From assembly GCA_050186725.1 (NCBI GenBank), contig JBFWYG010000008.1, positions 32,899 through 96,898 on the forward strand: a stretch of 64,000 nucleotides of DNA. Reading direction: 5' to 3'. The notes below the pieces were generated by a model. That model had not been told where the DNA came from, searched no databases, and saw nothing but the letters and a program-made list of their open reading frames with translations. Shown here in pieces: positions 29,205-41,644 of this stretch; position 1 is the stretch's first letter; every line of letters starts with the position of its first letter. A program made the position numbers and the translations under genes. The DNA is from Gammaproteobacteria bacterium. GTDB taxonomy: Bacteria; Pseudomonadota; Gammaproteobacteria; Ga0077536.

Positions 29205-30583
29205 ATCCGTCGCCACTCCGTGCCGCCCGCGCCATCCTTGATGGCGATGCCGCGCGCGGCGAGTTCATCGCGCAGTTCGTCGGCGCGCTTCCAATCCTTC
29301 GCCGCGCGCGCGGCGCTGCGCGCCGCGACCAGCGCGTCGATCTCGGCGTCATCGTCCTCGGCGCCGACCGCGCCGGCCTTGGCCCAGGCCACCGGGTCCT
29401 GCTGCAGGATGCCGAGTTCGCGACCGCCGGCCAGGAGCCATGCCTTGCAGCGCCGCCGCTCGGCGGCGTCCTGCGAGCGGTTGGCGAGCGTCACCGCTTC
29501 CATCAGCACGGCGATGGCCTTGGGCGTGTTGAGGTCGTCGTCCATCGCCGCGGTGAAGGCCTTCGACGGCACGACTTCGTCCGCCGCGAGTTCGACGTCG
29601 GCAAGTCGTTCCAACGTTCCGTACATGCGGTCGAGCTGGGCCTTGGCCTGTTCCACCAGCTCGTCGGTCCAGTTCAGCGGCTCGCGGTACTTGCCGCGAA
29701 TGAGCGCCATGCGCAGCGCCTCGCCCGGGTGCTTCTTCAACAGTTCGCGCACCAGGAGCACGTTGCCGATCGATTTCGACATCTTGGTCGCGTCTATTTC
29801 GACGAAGCCATTGTGCACCCAGTAGCGCGCCAGCGGCGCGCCCTGGTGCGCGCAGCGGCTCTGCGCGATCTCGTTCTCGTGGTGCGGGAACTTGAGGTCG
29901 TTGCCGCCCCCGTGGATGTCGATGCTGCGCCCCAGGTGGTGCTCGATCATCGCCGAGCACTCCATGTGCCAACCGGGCCGGCCGCGGCCCCAGGGACTGT
30001 CCCAGCCGGGCAGATCCGGCGAGGACGGCTTCCACAGCACGAAGTCCGCGGGGTCGCGCTTGAAGGGCGCGACCTCGACCCGCGCGCCGGCGATCATCTC
30101 GTCGCGGTTGCGCCCGGAGAGCTGGCCGTACTCGGCGAAGCTCGGCACGTTGAACAGCACGTGACCCTCAACCTCGTAGGCGTGTCCGCGCTCGATGAGC
30201 GCGCCGATCATGGCGATGATGTCGCCGATATGGGCGGTCGCGCGCGGCTCTATCGGCGGCGGCAGCACGCCGAGCGCGGCGACGTCGGCGTGGTAGACCG
30301 CGGTGTAGCGCTCGGTCACCACCGAGATGGGCACGCCTTCGCTGGCCGCGGCGGCGTTGATCTTGTCGTCGACGTCGGTGATGTTGCGCGCGTACACCAC
30401 GTTCGCGTAGTGACGCTTCAGCACGCGGTACAAGAGGTCATAGACCACCGCCGCGCGGGCATTGCCGATGTGCGGCGGGTTGTAGACCGTCGGTCCACAG
30501 GCATACATCGTGACCCGCGCGGGGTCGGCCGGCGTGAAGACTTCCTTGCGGCGGGTGAGCGAGTTGTAGAGTTCGAGTGCCAT
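29201..30583 (-). CDS. cysS: Cysteinyl-tRNA synthetase
   Basis: 460 aa from [10 protein letters not shown]; HIGH ([11 protein letters not shown]), KMSKS (KMSKSIGN), Zn-binding Cys motifs. Confidence 0.9.
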   Translation of the reverse strand: MALELYNSLTRRKEVFTPADPARVTMYACGPTVYNPPHIGNARAAVVYDLLYRVLKRHYANVVYARNITDVDDKINAAAASEGVPISVVTERYTAVYHADVAALGVLPPPIEPRATAHIGDIIAMIGALIERGHAYEVEGHVLFNVPSFAEYGQLSGRNRDEMIAGARVEVAPFKRDPADFVLWKPSSPDLPGWDSPWGRGRPGWHMECSAMIEHHLGRSIDIHGGGNDLKFPHHENEIAQSRCAHQGAPLARYWVHNGFVEIDATKMSKSIGNVLLVRELLKKHPGEALRMALIRGKYREPLNWTDELVEQAKAQLDRMYGTLERLADVELAADEVVPSKAFTAAMDDDLNTPKAIAVLMEAVTLANRSQDAAERRRCKAWLLAGGRELGILQQDPVAWAKAGAVGAEDDDAEIDALVAARSAARAAKDWKRADELRDELAARGIAIKDGAGGTEWRRI

Positions 30584-30656
30584 GTGGGCGAGCCCCAGCG
30601 CCGGCGGGCGAGAAAGCGGCGCAGTATACCCAAGGCGCCGCGCCGCGCCCATCGGC

Positions 30657-31199
30657 TCAGCGCCAGAGCATGCGAGCCAGGGTGCCGTCGCGGTCGAGGA
30701 ACTGGTGCTTGCACGCCGCGGCCGCGTGCAGCGCCACCAGCACCGCCGTGCCATAGCCGCAGAAGTAGTGCACGTCGATGGCGAGATCGCGCAGACGCTC
30801 CGGGATCACCACCAGCGCCGGCACCTCGAACCACTCGAAGAAGGACACGCCGTGCCCCTCCGAGGTCGAGACCAGGAAGCCGGTGACCGGGATCAGGAAC
30901 ACCAGCAGGAAGAGCGTGTGGTGCATGGCGGTCGCGGCGACCCGCTCCCAGCGCTTCAGGCCCGCGTGGCCGGGCGAAGGCGACACACGGCGCCACAGGA
31001 GCGTCGCCACGCCGAGCACGAAGACCAGCATGCCGAGCGCCTTATGGCTCTCCAGGGCCTTGTGATACCAGCGGTCGTAGTAGCTGAGACCGACCATGTA
31101 CCAGCCGAGCACGACCAGCCCGACGATCAGGAGCGCGGTCGCCCAGTGCAGCAGCTTGGTGACGAGGCCGTAGTGCTCGGCCGTGTTCAGGATCCGCAT
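30657..31199 (-). CDS. Cytochrome b561 family protein
   Basis: 180 aa from [26 protein letters not shown]; four TM helices with conserved His residues. Confidence 0.7.
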   Translation of the reverse strand: MRILNTAEHYGLVTKLLHWATALLIVGLVVLGWYMVGLSYYDRWYHKALESHKALGMLVFVLGVATLLWRRVSPSPGHAGLKRWERVAATAMHHTLFLLVFLIPVTGFLVSTSEGHGVSFFEWFEVPALVVIPERLRDLAIDVHYFCGYGTAVLVALHAAAACKHQFLDRDGTLARMLWR

Positions 31200-31263
31200 C
31201 GGTGGAGGACCTCGCGGCGTGGTGAGGGTCGGCGCCGGGTTCACACCCGGCGCCGACAGCGGC

Positions 31264-32718
<1,455 letters not shown>

Positions 32719-32777
32719 GCAAATACCTCAATGAAAAATCAGGTGGCTTGTCTACGTCGTGTGGCGCGGGCCGGATC

Positions 32778-33968
32778 TCAGGCCAGCGCGCTCTTCAGCT
32801 TGTCGACCAGGTCGGTCTTCTCCCACGAGAAGCCGCCGTCGGCCTCGGGCTGGCGGCCGAAGTGGCCGTAGGCCGCAGTGCGCTCGTAGATCGGGCGGTT
32901 CAACTGCAGGTGCTGACGAATGCCGCGCGGCGTGAGGTTCATGACCTCGGCCAGCGCGCGCTCGAGCTTCGCCTCGTCGACCTGGCCGGTGCCATGCAGG
33001 TCGACGTACAGCGACAGCGGCTTGGCCACGCCGATGGCGTAGGCCAGCTGAATGGTGCAGCGATCGGCGAAGCCGGCCGCGACCACGTTCTTGGCCAGGT
33101 AGCGCGCCGCGTAGGCGGCGGAGCGATCGACCTTGCTCGGGTCCTTGCCGGAGAACGCGCCGCCGCCGTGGGGCGCCGCGCCGCCGTAGGTGTCGACGAT
33201 GATCTTGCGGCCGGTGAGGCCGGAGTCACCGTCGGGCCCGCCGATCACGAAGCGACCGGTGGGATTGACGTAGAACTCGCTCTCCGGGCACATCCAGCCC
33301 TCGGGCAGCACCGCGAGCACGTAGGGGCGCACGATCTCGCGCACGTCGGCCTGGGACAGGTTCTCGGTGTGCTGGGTGGAGACCACGACCGAGGTCGCGC
33401 GCACCGGCTTGCCGTTCTCGTACTGCAGGGTCACCTGGCTCTTGGCGTCGGGCAGCAGGCCCTTCTCCTTGCCGCTGTGACGGGCCGCGGCCATGTCCTG
33501 CAGGATGCGATGGGAGTAGTACAGCGGCGCCGGCATCAGCACGTCGGTCTCGCGGCAGGCGTAACCGAACATGATGCCCTGGTCGCCCGCGCCCTCGTCC
33601 TTGTCCGCGCCGCTGTCCACGCCCTGGGCGATGTCGGAGGACTGCGAGTGCACGTAGCAGGAGACGTCGGCGGTCTTCCAGTGAAAGCCTTCCTGCTCGT
33701 AGCCGATGGCCTTGACCGCGTTGCGCGCCAGGGTCTCGATGGTCTCCGAGGTGATGGAGGCCGGACCACGCACTTCGCCGGCGATCACGATGCGGTTGGT
33801 GGTGCAGAGCGTCTCGACCGCGACGCGGGCCTGGGGCTCGGCGGCGAGGTAGGCGTCCACCACGGCGTCGGAAATGCGATCGCAGACCTTGTCGGGATGG
33901 CCTTCGGACACGGATTCACTGGTAAAGAGGTAGCTCGACCGCACGCACTGTCTCCTTGCGTTCAGCAT
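32778..33968 (-). CDS. metK: S-adenosylmethionine synthetase
   Basis: 396 aa from MLNARRQ...[18 protein letters not shown]; [27 protein letters not shown] before ATG 33968. Confidence 0.9.
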   Translation of the reverse strand: MLNARRQCVRSSYLFTSESVSEGHPDKVCDRISDAVVDAYLAAEPQARVAVETLCTTNRIVIAGEVRGPASITSETIETLARNAVKAIGYEQEGFHWKTADVSCYVHSQSSDIAQGVDSGADKDEGAGDQGIMFGYACRETDVLMPAPLYYSHRILQDMAAARHSGKEKGLLPDAKSQVTLQYENGKPVRATSVVVSTQHTENLSQADVREIVRPYVLAVLPEGWMCPESEFYVNPTGRFVIGGPDGDSGLTGRKIIVDTYGGAAPHGGGAFSGKDPSKVDRSAAYAARYLAKNVVAAGFADRCTIQLAYAIGVAKPLSLYVDLHGTGQVDEAKLERALAEVMNLTPRGIRQHLQLNRPIYERTAAYGHFGRQPEADGGFSWEKTDLVDKLKSALA

Positions 33969-34083
33969 TGACTCGATTGACTGGGAACGGACCGGCCACG
34001 CCGGAACGCGAAACTGCCGCATTATGCCCGATAGTGGAGGGGTATGGACCGTCTCGCGGCCGCGTTCTGCCGCGCGGTCCGCA

Positions 34084-35478
34084 TCACGCCCCGCCGCGGG
34101 CGTGGCCACGCAGCACGCCACCCTCCCCTGCCTCGCCCAGGGCCCGGGCAAACACCGGGTAGCGCCACAGCGCCGAGGGCGAGTCGGGTTCGAATAGCGG
34201 CGGCAGGAGCCGCGCCTGCAGTCCACTGACCGGCACTTCGAGCGCGCCGGCCGGCAGCACGCGCCGCGCGGGCGGCGAAGGGATCGTGAGCGGACTGACC
34301 CAGTGCGCCTCGTCCCGCGCCAGGCGGCGAGTGGCGATGCCCTGTGCGGCGAGCACGCGCGCCACGGCCTCGACCTGGCCGAGCACCCAGTAGGCGCCGG
34401 GCAGGGGCATGGGCGGCGCGTGCCGCACCCGGCGGTGATCGGGGAATTCGAACTCGCGCAGGGCGTCATCCGCGACGCCGCGCAGCGCAATCAGCATCTG
34501 CCGGGGCGGTTCGTGGGCGATGTACTCGCCGTGGGCCGAGAGCGGCTCGCGGCTGTGGGCGTGCGCGCCCAGCACGGCGCGGAGTTCGCGCTCGCGCGCG
34601 GTGATGGTCACGAGGAACAGCCGCTGCGCCTCGAGCTGGCGCGCGGCGCGCACCGCGATGTTACGAAAGCTCGGGTAGTGGCCGTCGCGCGGATCCATGC
34701 GGGTTTCGAGCAGCACCGCCAGCGCGCCGCCCAGCGCCGCGCGGTTGCGCAGGTTGTGCACGCCGAGGCCGCCGTGGGTCAGGGGTTGGCGGAGCGACAG
34801 GATCTCGCGAATGTAGCGCTGGGTGGGCCGGCCTGCCGCGCGCACCGCGTCGATCAGCGCCGGCAGCAGCTCGTGTTCCGCGTAGGCGCGGAGCCTCGCG
34901 GGGATCGCCGGATGGTTGCCGCAATCGAACTGGGTCTCGAAGTCGGTCATCCAGCCCTCGCGCCCGAGCGTCTTGCGCTTGAGCGCGGCCGACTCGTGGG
35001 CGTCGAGTACTACCTGCGGCGCGAAGCCGGTGAGCAGCGCGGTCAGCGCGCGCGCCTCGGGCTGGGTCACGAGCACGTAGTCACGATTGATGTTGACCTC
35101 GTCGGCGTTGCGCGGCGAATCCAGATCGCGACCGTCGGGATTGGCGTCCGGCACCAGCACGAGATCCAGCGCCGCGCGCGCCGCGGCCAGTTCGCCATGG
35201 GCGAGTTCGCGCGCCAGTAGGAGCAGCGCCTCGCCGCCCGCCGCCTCGGAGGCGCCGTGTTGGCCACCGACCAGCAGCACGCGCAGCGGCCGCCCCGCCA
35301 CGCCGCGGGGATGCAGGCGCAGCGCCGTGAGCGGCCGGCCGCCGGCCGACAGGCCGAGGTCGATGAGTTCGGCGCCGCGCGTCGTCGCCACCAGCCGGCG
35401 CAGGAACACGCGCACCTCGGCGGCGCTGGACAGCCGCGCATGCCCGACCTCCTCCAGCGGCGTGCGGAGCGCGTCCAC
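34084..35478 (-). CDS. M14-like zinc carboxypeptidase-fold protein, paralogue 1 (no signal peptide)
   Basis: [12 protein letters not shown] (His/Glu metal ligands), [21 protein letters not shown]; aligns along its whole length with the upstream paralogue but lacks its signal peptide. Confidence 0.5.
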   Translation of the reverse strand: MDALRTPLEEVGHARLSSAAEVRVFLRRLVATTRGAELIDLGLSAGGRPLTALRLHPRGVAGRPLRVLLVGGQHGASEAAGGEALLLLARELAHGELAAARAALDLVLVPDANPDGRDLDSPRNADEVNINRDYVLVTQPEARALTALLTGFAPQVVLDAHESAALKRKTLGREGWMTDFETQFDCGNHPAIPARLRAYAEHELLPALIDAVRAAGRPTQRYIREILSLRQPLTHGGLGVHNLRNRAALGGALAVLLETRMDPRDGHYPSFRNIAVRAARQLEAQRLFLVTITARERELRAVLGAHAHSREPLSAHGEYIAHEPPRQMLIALRGVADDALREFEFPDHRRVRHAPPMPLPGAYWVLGQVEAVARVLAAQGIATRRLARDEAHWVSPLTIPSPPARRVLPAGALEVPVSGLQARLLPPLFEPDSPSALWRYPVFARALGEAGEGGVLRGHARGGA

Positions 35479-35487
35479 GCGCGCGCC

Positions 35488-37023
35488 TCAGGGCTCGGCG
35501 GGCGCGCCGCGCGACACGCCCTTGCGCACGGCGTACACCTCGAACTCGCGGTCGGCGTCCAGCGCCGCGGCGAACGGCGCGCTGGCGAACAGGCTGCTCG
35601 GCGAGCGCGGATCGAGCAGCACGGCCGCCAGCCGCCCGCGGCGCTGACTCAAGTCGACGATCAGCGCGCCCGGCGCGGTGCTCAAGAGGCGCGGCGCGCT
35701 GGCCGTCATGCGCACCTCGCCCTGCGGCTCGCGCCGGTAACGCGCGGCCAGCACCGGAATCTCGAGGGCCTGGGACTGGCGCTCGGCGACGATGCCCTGG
35801 CGCTCGAGCGCCGCGCGCAAGGCTTCGCTCGGCGCGGGCAGCACCAGGGTGCCCGGCATCGGCACGCGTTCGCCTTCCGCCACGCGACGATGGTCGGCGA
35901 AGTCGATCATCACCCGCTCGCGACCGGCCAGGCGGCGGAGCGGCAGGCTGACCCGCGGATGGGCCTCGTCGAGCACATAGCGCGCGCCGAGGACCAGGGG
36001 CTCGGTGGGCAGCGCGGCGCGCGCCGTGGCCACCACCTCGCTCGCCGCCGCGCGCTGTTCCACGAGCGCGCGCAGGAAGGCGCGCTGGCAGACCAGTGAG
36101 CGCTGGGCGCGCACCTGGATGTTGCGCCAGGTCGGCGCCGGATCGTCGCTCGGGTCGAGCTTGGTCTCGGTCAGCACCGCCAACGTGCCGTCCAGCGCGG
36201 CGCGATTGCGCAAGTTGCGCAAGCTGAGGCCGCCGTTGGTGATCGGCTGGGACGCGCTGGTGATCTCGCCGATGTAGCGCTGCGCGGCGAGCCCCTCGGC
36301 GCCGGCCAGGGCGACCAGGCGCGGCAGCAGCCGCTCGCGTCCGTAGTTCAGCAGCGCGGCCGGCACTGCCGGGTTGTTGGCGGTTTCGAACTGCGCTTCG
36401 AAGTCGGTGAGATAGCCTTCGCGCGCGAGCGAGCGGCGCTTCAGCACCGCCGACTCGTGCACATCGAGCACCGCCAGCGGCCGGTAGCGCGCCAGCGCCG
36501 CGACCAGCGCGCGGCTCTCGGGCTCGGCGAGCATGACGAAGTCGGTGTTGAGATTGACGCCGTCTGCGTTGGCGCGATGGCCGAGATCGCGGCCGTCGGG
36601 GTTGGCGTCCGGCAGCAGCACGACATCGAAGGTCTCGAGCACGTCACGCAGCGCGCCAGCCAGCAGTTCGCGGGCGAGGAACAGCATGGCCTCGCCGCCG
36701 GCCGGCTCGGCCGCGCCATGCTGGGAAGCGATCAGGAGCAGCGTGGGTCGCGGCGTCGCGGGCTCGCCGGTGGCACTGGACAGCACCAGGGTGGCGAGCG
36801 GCCGCTGCTGCACGGAGAGCCCCACGGTCTCGCGTCGAGCGCGCGGCGAGGCCGCCGCCAGCGCGTCCAGGTCGGCGACGATCTCGGCGGCGCTGCTCAG
36901 GCGCGCGTAGCCCGCGGCTTCGAGCGGCGCGGGCGGGAGCGCCGCGCGCGCGGTGGGGACAATCAGCACGAGGGCCAGCAGCGCCGCCGCACAGCGCCCG
37001 AAGGTTCTCGCCGCGCCGCGCAC
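35488..37023 (-). CDS. M14-like zinc carboxypeptidase-fold protein, paralogue 2 (signal peptide)
   Basis: GTG start 37023, 15 nt after the OMP stop; signal peptide CAAALLALVLIVPTARA; [34 protein letters not shown]. The upstream 440 aa of the 948-aa track ORF are an antisense artefact over the OMP gene. Confidence 0.5.
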   Translation of the reverse strand: MRGAARTFGRCAAALLALVLIVPTARAALPPAPLEAAGYARLSSAAEIVADLDALAAASPRARRETVGLSVQQRPLATLVLSSATGEPATPRPTLLLIASQHGAAEPAGGEAMLFLARELLAGALRDVLETFDVVLLPDANPDGRDLGHRANADGVNLNTDFVMLAEPESRALVAALARYRPLAVLDVHESAVLKRRSLAREGYLTDFEAQFETANNPAVPAALLNYGRERLLPRLVALAGAEGLAAQRYIGEITSASQPITNGGLSLRNLRNRAALDGTLAVLTETKLDPSDDPAPTWRNIQVRAQRSLVCQRAFLRALVEQRAAASEVVATARAALPTEPLVLGARYVLDEAHPRVSLPLRRLAGRERVMIDFADHRRVAEGERVPMPGTLVLPAPSEALRAALERQGIVAERQSQALEIPVLAARYRREPQGEVRMTASAPRLLSTAPGALIVDLSQRRGRLAAVLLDPRSPSSLFASAPFAAALDADREFEVYAVRKGVSRGAPAEP

Positions 37024-37040
37024 CTCGCCCCGCCCCCGCG

Positions 37041-38477
37041 CTACCAGCCGCCGCCCAGCGCGCGCACCAGGCCGGCGGTGGCCACCGCGCGCTGCCCGGC
37101 GAGCTGCGCCTGCTGGCGACGCAGGGTGAGCAAGGTGCGCTCTGCCTCGAGCAGGTCGAGCGTCCCCGTCGCGCCCGCCTCGAAGCGCGCGCGCGCCACC
37201 GCGTGGGCGCTGGCCGCGGCCGCGGCCGCGGCGTCGGTGCTCGACGCCTGCTCGCCGAGCGTGGTGATGGCGACCAGCTGGTCCTCCACCTCGCGGAACG
37301 CGCCGAGCACGGTGTTGCGATAGGACGCGATCTCGGCGTCGAGCGCGGCCTCGGCGCGTGAGAGATTGGCGCGGTTGCGGCCGCCGTCGAACAGTGGTCC
37401 CGCGATCAGCGCGCCGGCCAGCGGACCGAGCGCCCAGGTGCGGCTGCCCCACTCGAAGAGTTCGCCCGCGGTCGCCGCGCTGAAGCCGGCGCTGGCGGTG
37501 AGATTGACCAGTGGGTAGAAGGCGGCGCGCGCCACGCCGATGCGCGCGTTGGCCGCTTCCATGCGCCGCTGCGCGGCGGCGATGTCCGGACGACGCTCGA
37601 GCAGGGTCGACGGGACCCCGGCCGGGATCGCCGGCAGGCGCCCGGCCGCGACCGGCGCCGGCGCGACGCTGAACTCCGCCGGGGCCACGCCGAGCAGCAC
37701 CGCCAGCGCGTGCTCGTACTGGGCGCGCTGGCGCGTGACCGCCTGCACCTCGGCGCGCGCGATCTCGAGCTCGGCTCGCGTGCGATCGACATCCAGGCGA
37801 CTCACGTCGCCGGCCGCGAGCCGCTGCTCGAACAGCCGATGCGTGGCTTCGCGGCTGGCCAGCGCCTCGCCCAGCACCGCCAGTTCGGCGTCGGCGGCGC
37901 GCAGCAGGAAGTACACCTGCGCGACGTCGGCGGTGACGCTCAAGGACAACGATTCGAACAGCGCAGTCTCGGCGGCGGCGTCGGCGCGCGCCGCCTGCAC
38001 GCTGTCGCGCACGCGTCCGAAGAGGTCGAGTTCGTACTGCGCCGTCACGCCGTATTGGAAATTGTTGTACATGATGCCGCCCGGCAGCGGCGCGAGCGGC
38101 TGGCTCTCGGACAGCCGCGTGCGCACCACCGAGGCGTTGCCGTCCAGGCGCGGCAGGCGCGCCGCGCGCGCCACATCGACCAGCGCGCGGCTGGCCTCGA
38201 GGCGCGCGAGCGACGCGGCCAGGGTCTGGTTCGCGGCCAGCACGCGGCTCTCGAAGTGGTTGAGCAGCGGATCGCCGAACACCGTCCACCAGCCGGCGCG
38301 CGAGGCGTCGTCGGCCGGCGCCGCAGGCCGCCACTGATCGTTGCCCGGATCCGGCGCCAGTGCCGCCGCTTCCTTGAACGCTGCGGGCACCGACACGTCC
38401 GGCGGCGCGAGCGGCGGCGCGAGCGAACAGCCGCCCAGCAGCAATGTGACGCCGAGCGGCCAGGCGCGGCGCATCAC
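37041..38477 (-). CDS. RND efflux outer-membrane lipoprotein (NodT/OprM family)
   Basis: 478 aa; lipobox LLLGGC; two OEP repeats; 4-nt overlap with the RND pump gene. Confidence 0.85.
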   Translation of the reverse strand: MMRRAWPLGVTLLLGGCSLAPPLAPPDVSVPAAFKEAAALAPDPGNDQWRPAAPADDASRAGWWTVFGDPLLNHFESRVLAANQTLAASLARLEASRALVDVARAARLPRLDGNASVVRTRLSESQPLAPLPGGIMYNNFQYGVTAQYELDLFGRVRDSVQAARADAAAETALFESLSLSVTADVAQVYFLLRAADAELAVLGEALASREATHRLFEQRLAAGDVSRLDVDRTRAELEIARAEVQAVTRQRAQYEHALAVLLGVAPAEFSVAPAPVAAGRLPAIPAGVPSTLLERRPDIAAAQRRMEAANARIGVARAAFYPLVNLTASAGFSAATAGELFEWGSRTWALGPLAGALIAGPLFDGGRNRANLSRAEAALDAEIASYRNTVLGAFREVEDQLVAITTLGEQASSTDAAAAAAASAHAVARARFEAGATGTLDLLEAERTLLTLRRQQAQLAGQRAVATAGLVRALGGGW

Positions 38478-41400
38478 TCGCTCTCCGTGGCGGCGGTCAC
38501 CGCGTCGGGCTGGGGCGGCGGCTGGCGATGCAGCAGCACGTAGAACACCGGCGTCAGGAACAGCCCGAACAAGGTCACGCCGAACATGCCGGAGGCCACC
38601 GCGGTGCCCATCGCGCGCCGCATCTCCGCGCCGGCGCCGGTCGACAGCACCAGCGGCGTGACGCCGGCAATGAAGGCGATGGAGGTCATGAGGATCGGCC
38701 GCAGGCGCATGCTGCAGGCTTCCAGCACCGCCTTTACCGGCCCGTCGGTCGGACGTTTGAGTTCATGCTCGCGCGCGAACTCGACCAGCAGGATGGCGTT
38801 CTTGCACGCCAGGCCCATCAGCACGAACAGCGCCACCTGGGTGAAGATGTTGCGGTCACCGCCCGTGTACCACACGCCACCGATGGCAAACAGCAGGCAC
38901 ATCGGCACGATGAGGATGATCGCGAGCGGCAGCTTGAAGCTCTCGTACTGCGCGGCGAGCACCAGGAACACCAGCAGCGCGCACAGCGGGAACACCACCG
39001 CCGCGGTGTTGCCGGCGAGGATCTCCTGGTAGGTCAGGTCGGTCCACTCGAAGGTGATGCCGCGCGGCACGGTCTCGGCGATGACACGCTCGATGGCGGC
39101 CTGCGCCTGGCCGGAACTGTAGCCCGGCGCCGCCGCGCCGTTGATGTCGGCGGCGGGAAACGCGTTGTAGCGCATGGCGCGGTCCGGCCCGAAGCTGTTC
39201 CTGACCTCGAGAATGGCGCCGAGCGGCACCATCTCGCCGTCCTTGTTGCGCGTCTTCAGCGCGGCGATGTCCTCGGCCTGCGCGCGATAGGGCGCGTCTG
39301 CCTGCACCACCACCCGGTAGGTCTTGCCGAACTGGTTGAAGTCATTCACGTAGTACGAGCCGAGGTAGATCTGCAGGGTGGCGAACACGTCGTTCAGATC
39401 GACCCCCATGCGCTTGGCCTTGGCGCGGTCGATGTCGACGTAGAGCTGCGGCACGTTGATCTGGTAGCTGGAGAACACGCCGGCCAGCTCCGGCGTCTGC
39501 CAGGCCTTCATCAGCACCGCCTGGGTCGCCTGGTACAGCACCTCGTCGCCGAGGCCGGCGCGATCCTCCAGCTGCAGCTTGAAGCCGCCGATGGCGCCGA
39601 GACCGTCCACCGGCGGCGCCGGGAACACCGCGATGAAGGCGTCCTCGATGACCGCGAGCTGTTCGTTCAGACGCTGCGCGATGGCGCCGGCGGCGAGCTC
39701 GGGACGGTGGCGCTTCTCGAAGGGCTCGAGGTTGAAGAACACCAGGCCCGCATTGGGCGAGTTGGTGAACCCGTTGATCGACAGGCCCGGGAAAGCGTTG
39801 TCGGCGTTCATGCCCTCGTTCTTCATCGATATCTCGGTGACCCGCGACAGCACCTTGTCGGTGCGGTCGAGCGAGGCGCCGTCCGGCAGCTGCACCATGC
39901 CGATGAGGTACTGCTTGTCGGAGGTCGGGATGAAGCCGGTCGGGATCTGCTGGAAGCCGTACCAGGTCAGGCCGAGCAGCCCGACGTAGACCAGCAGCAC
40001 CACGAACTTGATCTTGAGCACGCCGCGCACGCCCTTGACGTAACCGCGAGCGGCGCGGTGAAACAGCCGGTCGAAACCGCGGAACAGCCAGCCGAACAGC
40101 GCATCCAGCACCACCGTCACGCCGTCGCGCGGCGCGCTGTGGCTGCGCAACAGGGTCGCGGCGAGCGCCGGCGAGAGGGTCAGGGAGCTGAACGCCGAGA
40201 TCACCGTCGAAATGGCGATGGTGAGCGCGAACTGCCGGTAGAACTGTCCGGTCAGGCCGCTGATGAAGGCGATGGGCACGAACACCGCGCAGAGCGTGAG
40301 CGCGATGGTGATGATCGGGCCGCTCACTTCGTCCATCGCGCGGTGGGTGGCGGCCTTCGCGTCCAGCCCGAGGGCGATGTTCCGCTCGACGTTCTCCACC
40401 ACCACGATCGCATCGTCGACCACGATGCCGATGGCGAGCACCATGCCGAACAGGGTCAGGGTGTTGATGGAAAAGCCCGCCAGCAGCATCACCGCGAAGG
40501 TACCGATGATCGACACCGGCACGGCGATCAGCGGAATGATCGACGCGCGCCAGGTCTTCAGGAACAGGATCACCACCAGCAGCACCATCAGCACCGCTTC
40601 CAGCAGCGTCTTCACCACCGCCTCGATGGACTGCTTCACGAAGCGTGTCGGGTCGTAGACGATCTGGTAGTCCACGCCGAGCGGAAAGCCGCTCTTCGCC
40701 TCGGCCATCAGCGCGCGCACCGAGTTCGACAGCGCGATTGCGTTCGCGCCGGGCGCCTCGAAGGCCGCGATGGCGACCGAGGGCTGGTTGTTCGAGCGGC
40801 TGCGCAAGGCGTATTCGCCGGCGCCGAGCTCGATGCGCGCGACGTCCTTCAGGCGCAGCACCCCGCCGTCCGGCGCGGTGGCGACGATGATGTCGCGAAA
40901 CTCGGCCTCGGTGCTCAACCGCCCGAGGGTGTTGACCGAGAGCTGGAAGTCGGTGTGCTCCACCACCGGCGGCGCGCCGACCACGCCGGCCGCCACCTGC
41001 TGATTCTGCTCGCGAATGGCGTTGACCACGTCGGCCGCGGTCAGGCCGCGGGCGGCGAGCTTGGCCGGATCGAGCCAGATGCGCATCGCGTAGTCGCCGG
41101 CGCCGAACACGAACACCTCGCCCATGCCTGGCAGGCGACGCAGGTTGTCCTTCAGGTTCAGCACGCCGTAGTTGCGCAGGTAGAGCTCGTCGTAACGGCC
41201 GTCGGTCGACACCAGGTTGACCACCATGGTGAGGTTCGGCGACTGCTTCTGGGTGATGACGCCGATCTGCCGCACCTCGGTCGGCAGGCGCGGCAGCGCG
41301 CGCTGCACGCGGTTCTGCACCTGGTTCTCGGCGAGATCGGGATCGGTGCCGATCTTGAACGTCACTCGTAGCTGGAGCGCGCCATCGGCGGTCGCCATGG

Positions 41401-41644
41401 AGGACATGTAGAGCATGTTCTCCACGCCGTTGACCTGCTCTTCGAGCGGCGCGGCGACGGTGTCGGCGATGACCTTGGGCGTCGCGCCCGGGTAGTTCGC
41501 GCTGACCACGATGGACGGCGGCACGACGTTCGGATACTCCGACACCGGCAGGAAGAAGATGGAGATCAGCCCGGCGACGAACACCAGCACGGACAGCACG
41601 CCCGCCAGGATCGGGCGATCGATGAAGGCACGCGAGACGTTCAT
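38474..41644 (-). CDS. RND multidrug efflux permease (HAE1, AcrB/MexB-like)
   Basis: 1056 aa; 12-TM architecture, N-terminal MNVSRAFIDRPILAGVLSVLVFVAGL typical of AcrB family. Confidence 0.9.
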   Translation of the reverse strand: MNVSRAFIDRPILAGVLSVLVFVAGLISIFFLPVSEYPNVVPPSIVVSANYPGATPKVIADTVAAPLEEQVNGVENMLYMSSMATADGALQLRVTFKIGTDPDLAENQVQNRVQRALPRLPTEVRQIGVITQKQSPNLTMVVNLVSTDGRYDELYLRNYGVLNLKDNLRRLPGMGEVFVFGAGDYAMRIWLDPAKLAARGLTAADVVNAIREQNQQVAAGVVGAPPVVEHTDFQLSVNTLGRLSTEAEFRDIIVATAPDGGVLRLKDVARIELGAGEYALRSRSNNQPSVAIAAFEAPGANAIALSNSVRALMAEAKSGFPLGVDYQIVYDPTRFVKQSIEAVVKTLLEAVLMVLLVVILFLKTWRASIIPLIAVPVSIIGTFAVMLLAGFSINTLTLFGMVLAIGIVVDDAIVVVENVERNIALGLDAKAATHRAMDEVSGPIITIALTLCAVFVPIAFISGLTGQFYRQFALTIAISTVISAFSSLTLSPALAATLLRSHSAPRDGVTVVLDALFGWLFRGFDRLFHRAARGYVKGVRGVLKIKFVVLLVYVGLLGLTWYGFQQIPTGFIPTSDKQYLIGMVQLPDGASLDRTDKVLSRVTEISMKNEGMNADNAFPGLSINGFTNSPNAGLVFFNLEPFEKRHRPELAAGAIAQRLNEQLAVIEDAFIAVFPAPPVDGLGAIGGFKLQLEDRAGLGDEVLYQATQAVLMKAWQTPELAGVFSSYQINVPQLYVDIDRAKAKRMGVDLNDVFATLQIYLGSYYVNDFNQFGKTYRVVVQADAPYRAQAEDIAALKTRNKDGEMVPLGAILEVRNSFGPDRAMRYNAFPAADINGAAAPGYSSGQAQAAIERVIAETVPRGITFEWTDLTYQEILAGNTAAVVFPLCALLVFLVLAAQYESFKLPLAIILIVPMCLLFAIGGVWYTGGDRNIFTQVALFVLMGLACKNAILLVEFAREHELKRPTDGPVKAVLEACSMRLRPILMTSIAFIAGVTPLVLSTGAGAEMRRAMGTAVASGMFGVTLFGLFLTPVFYVLLHRQPPPQPDAVTAATESE

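Noticed and set aside
35488-38334. 948-aa minus ORF spanning the OMP gene
   Set aside because: The upstream 440 aa are an Arg/Ala-rich antisense frame over the NodT gene. The real gene is M14 paralogue 2, starting at GTG 37023.
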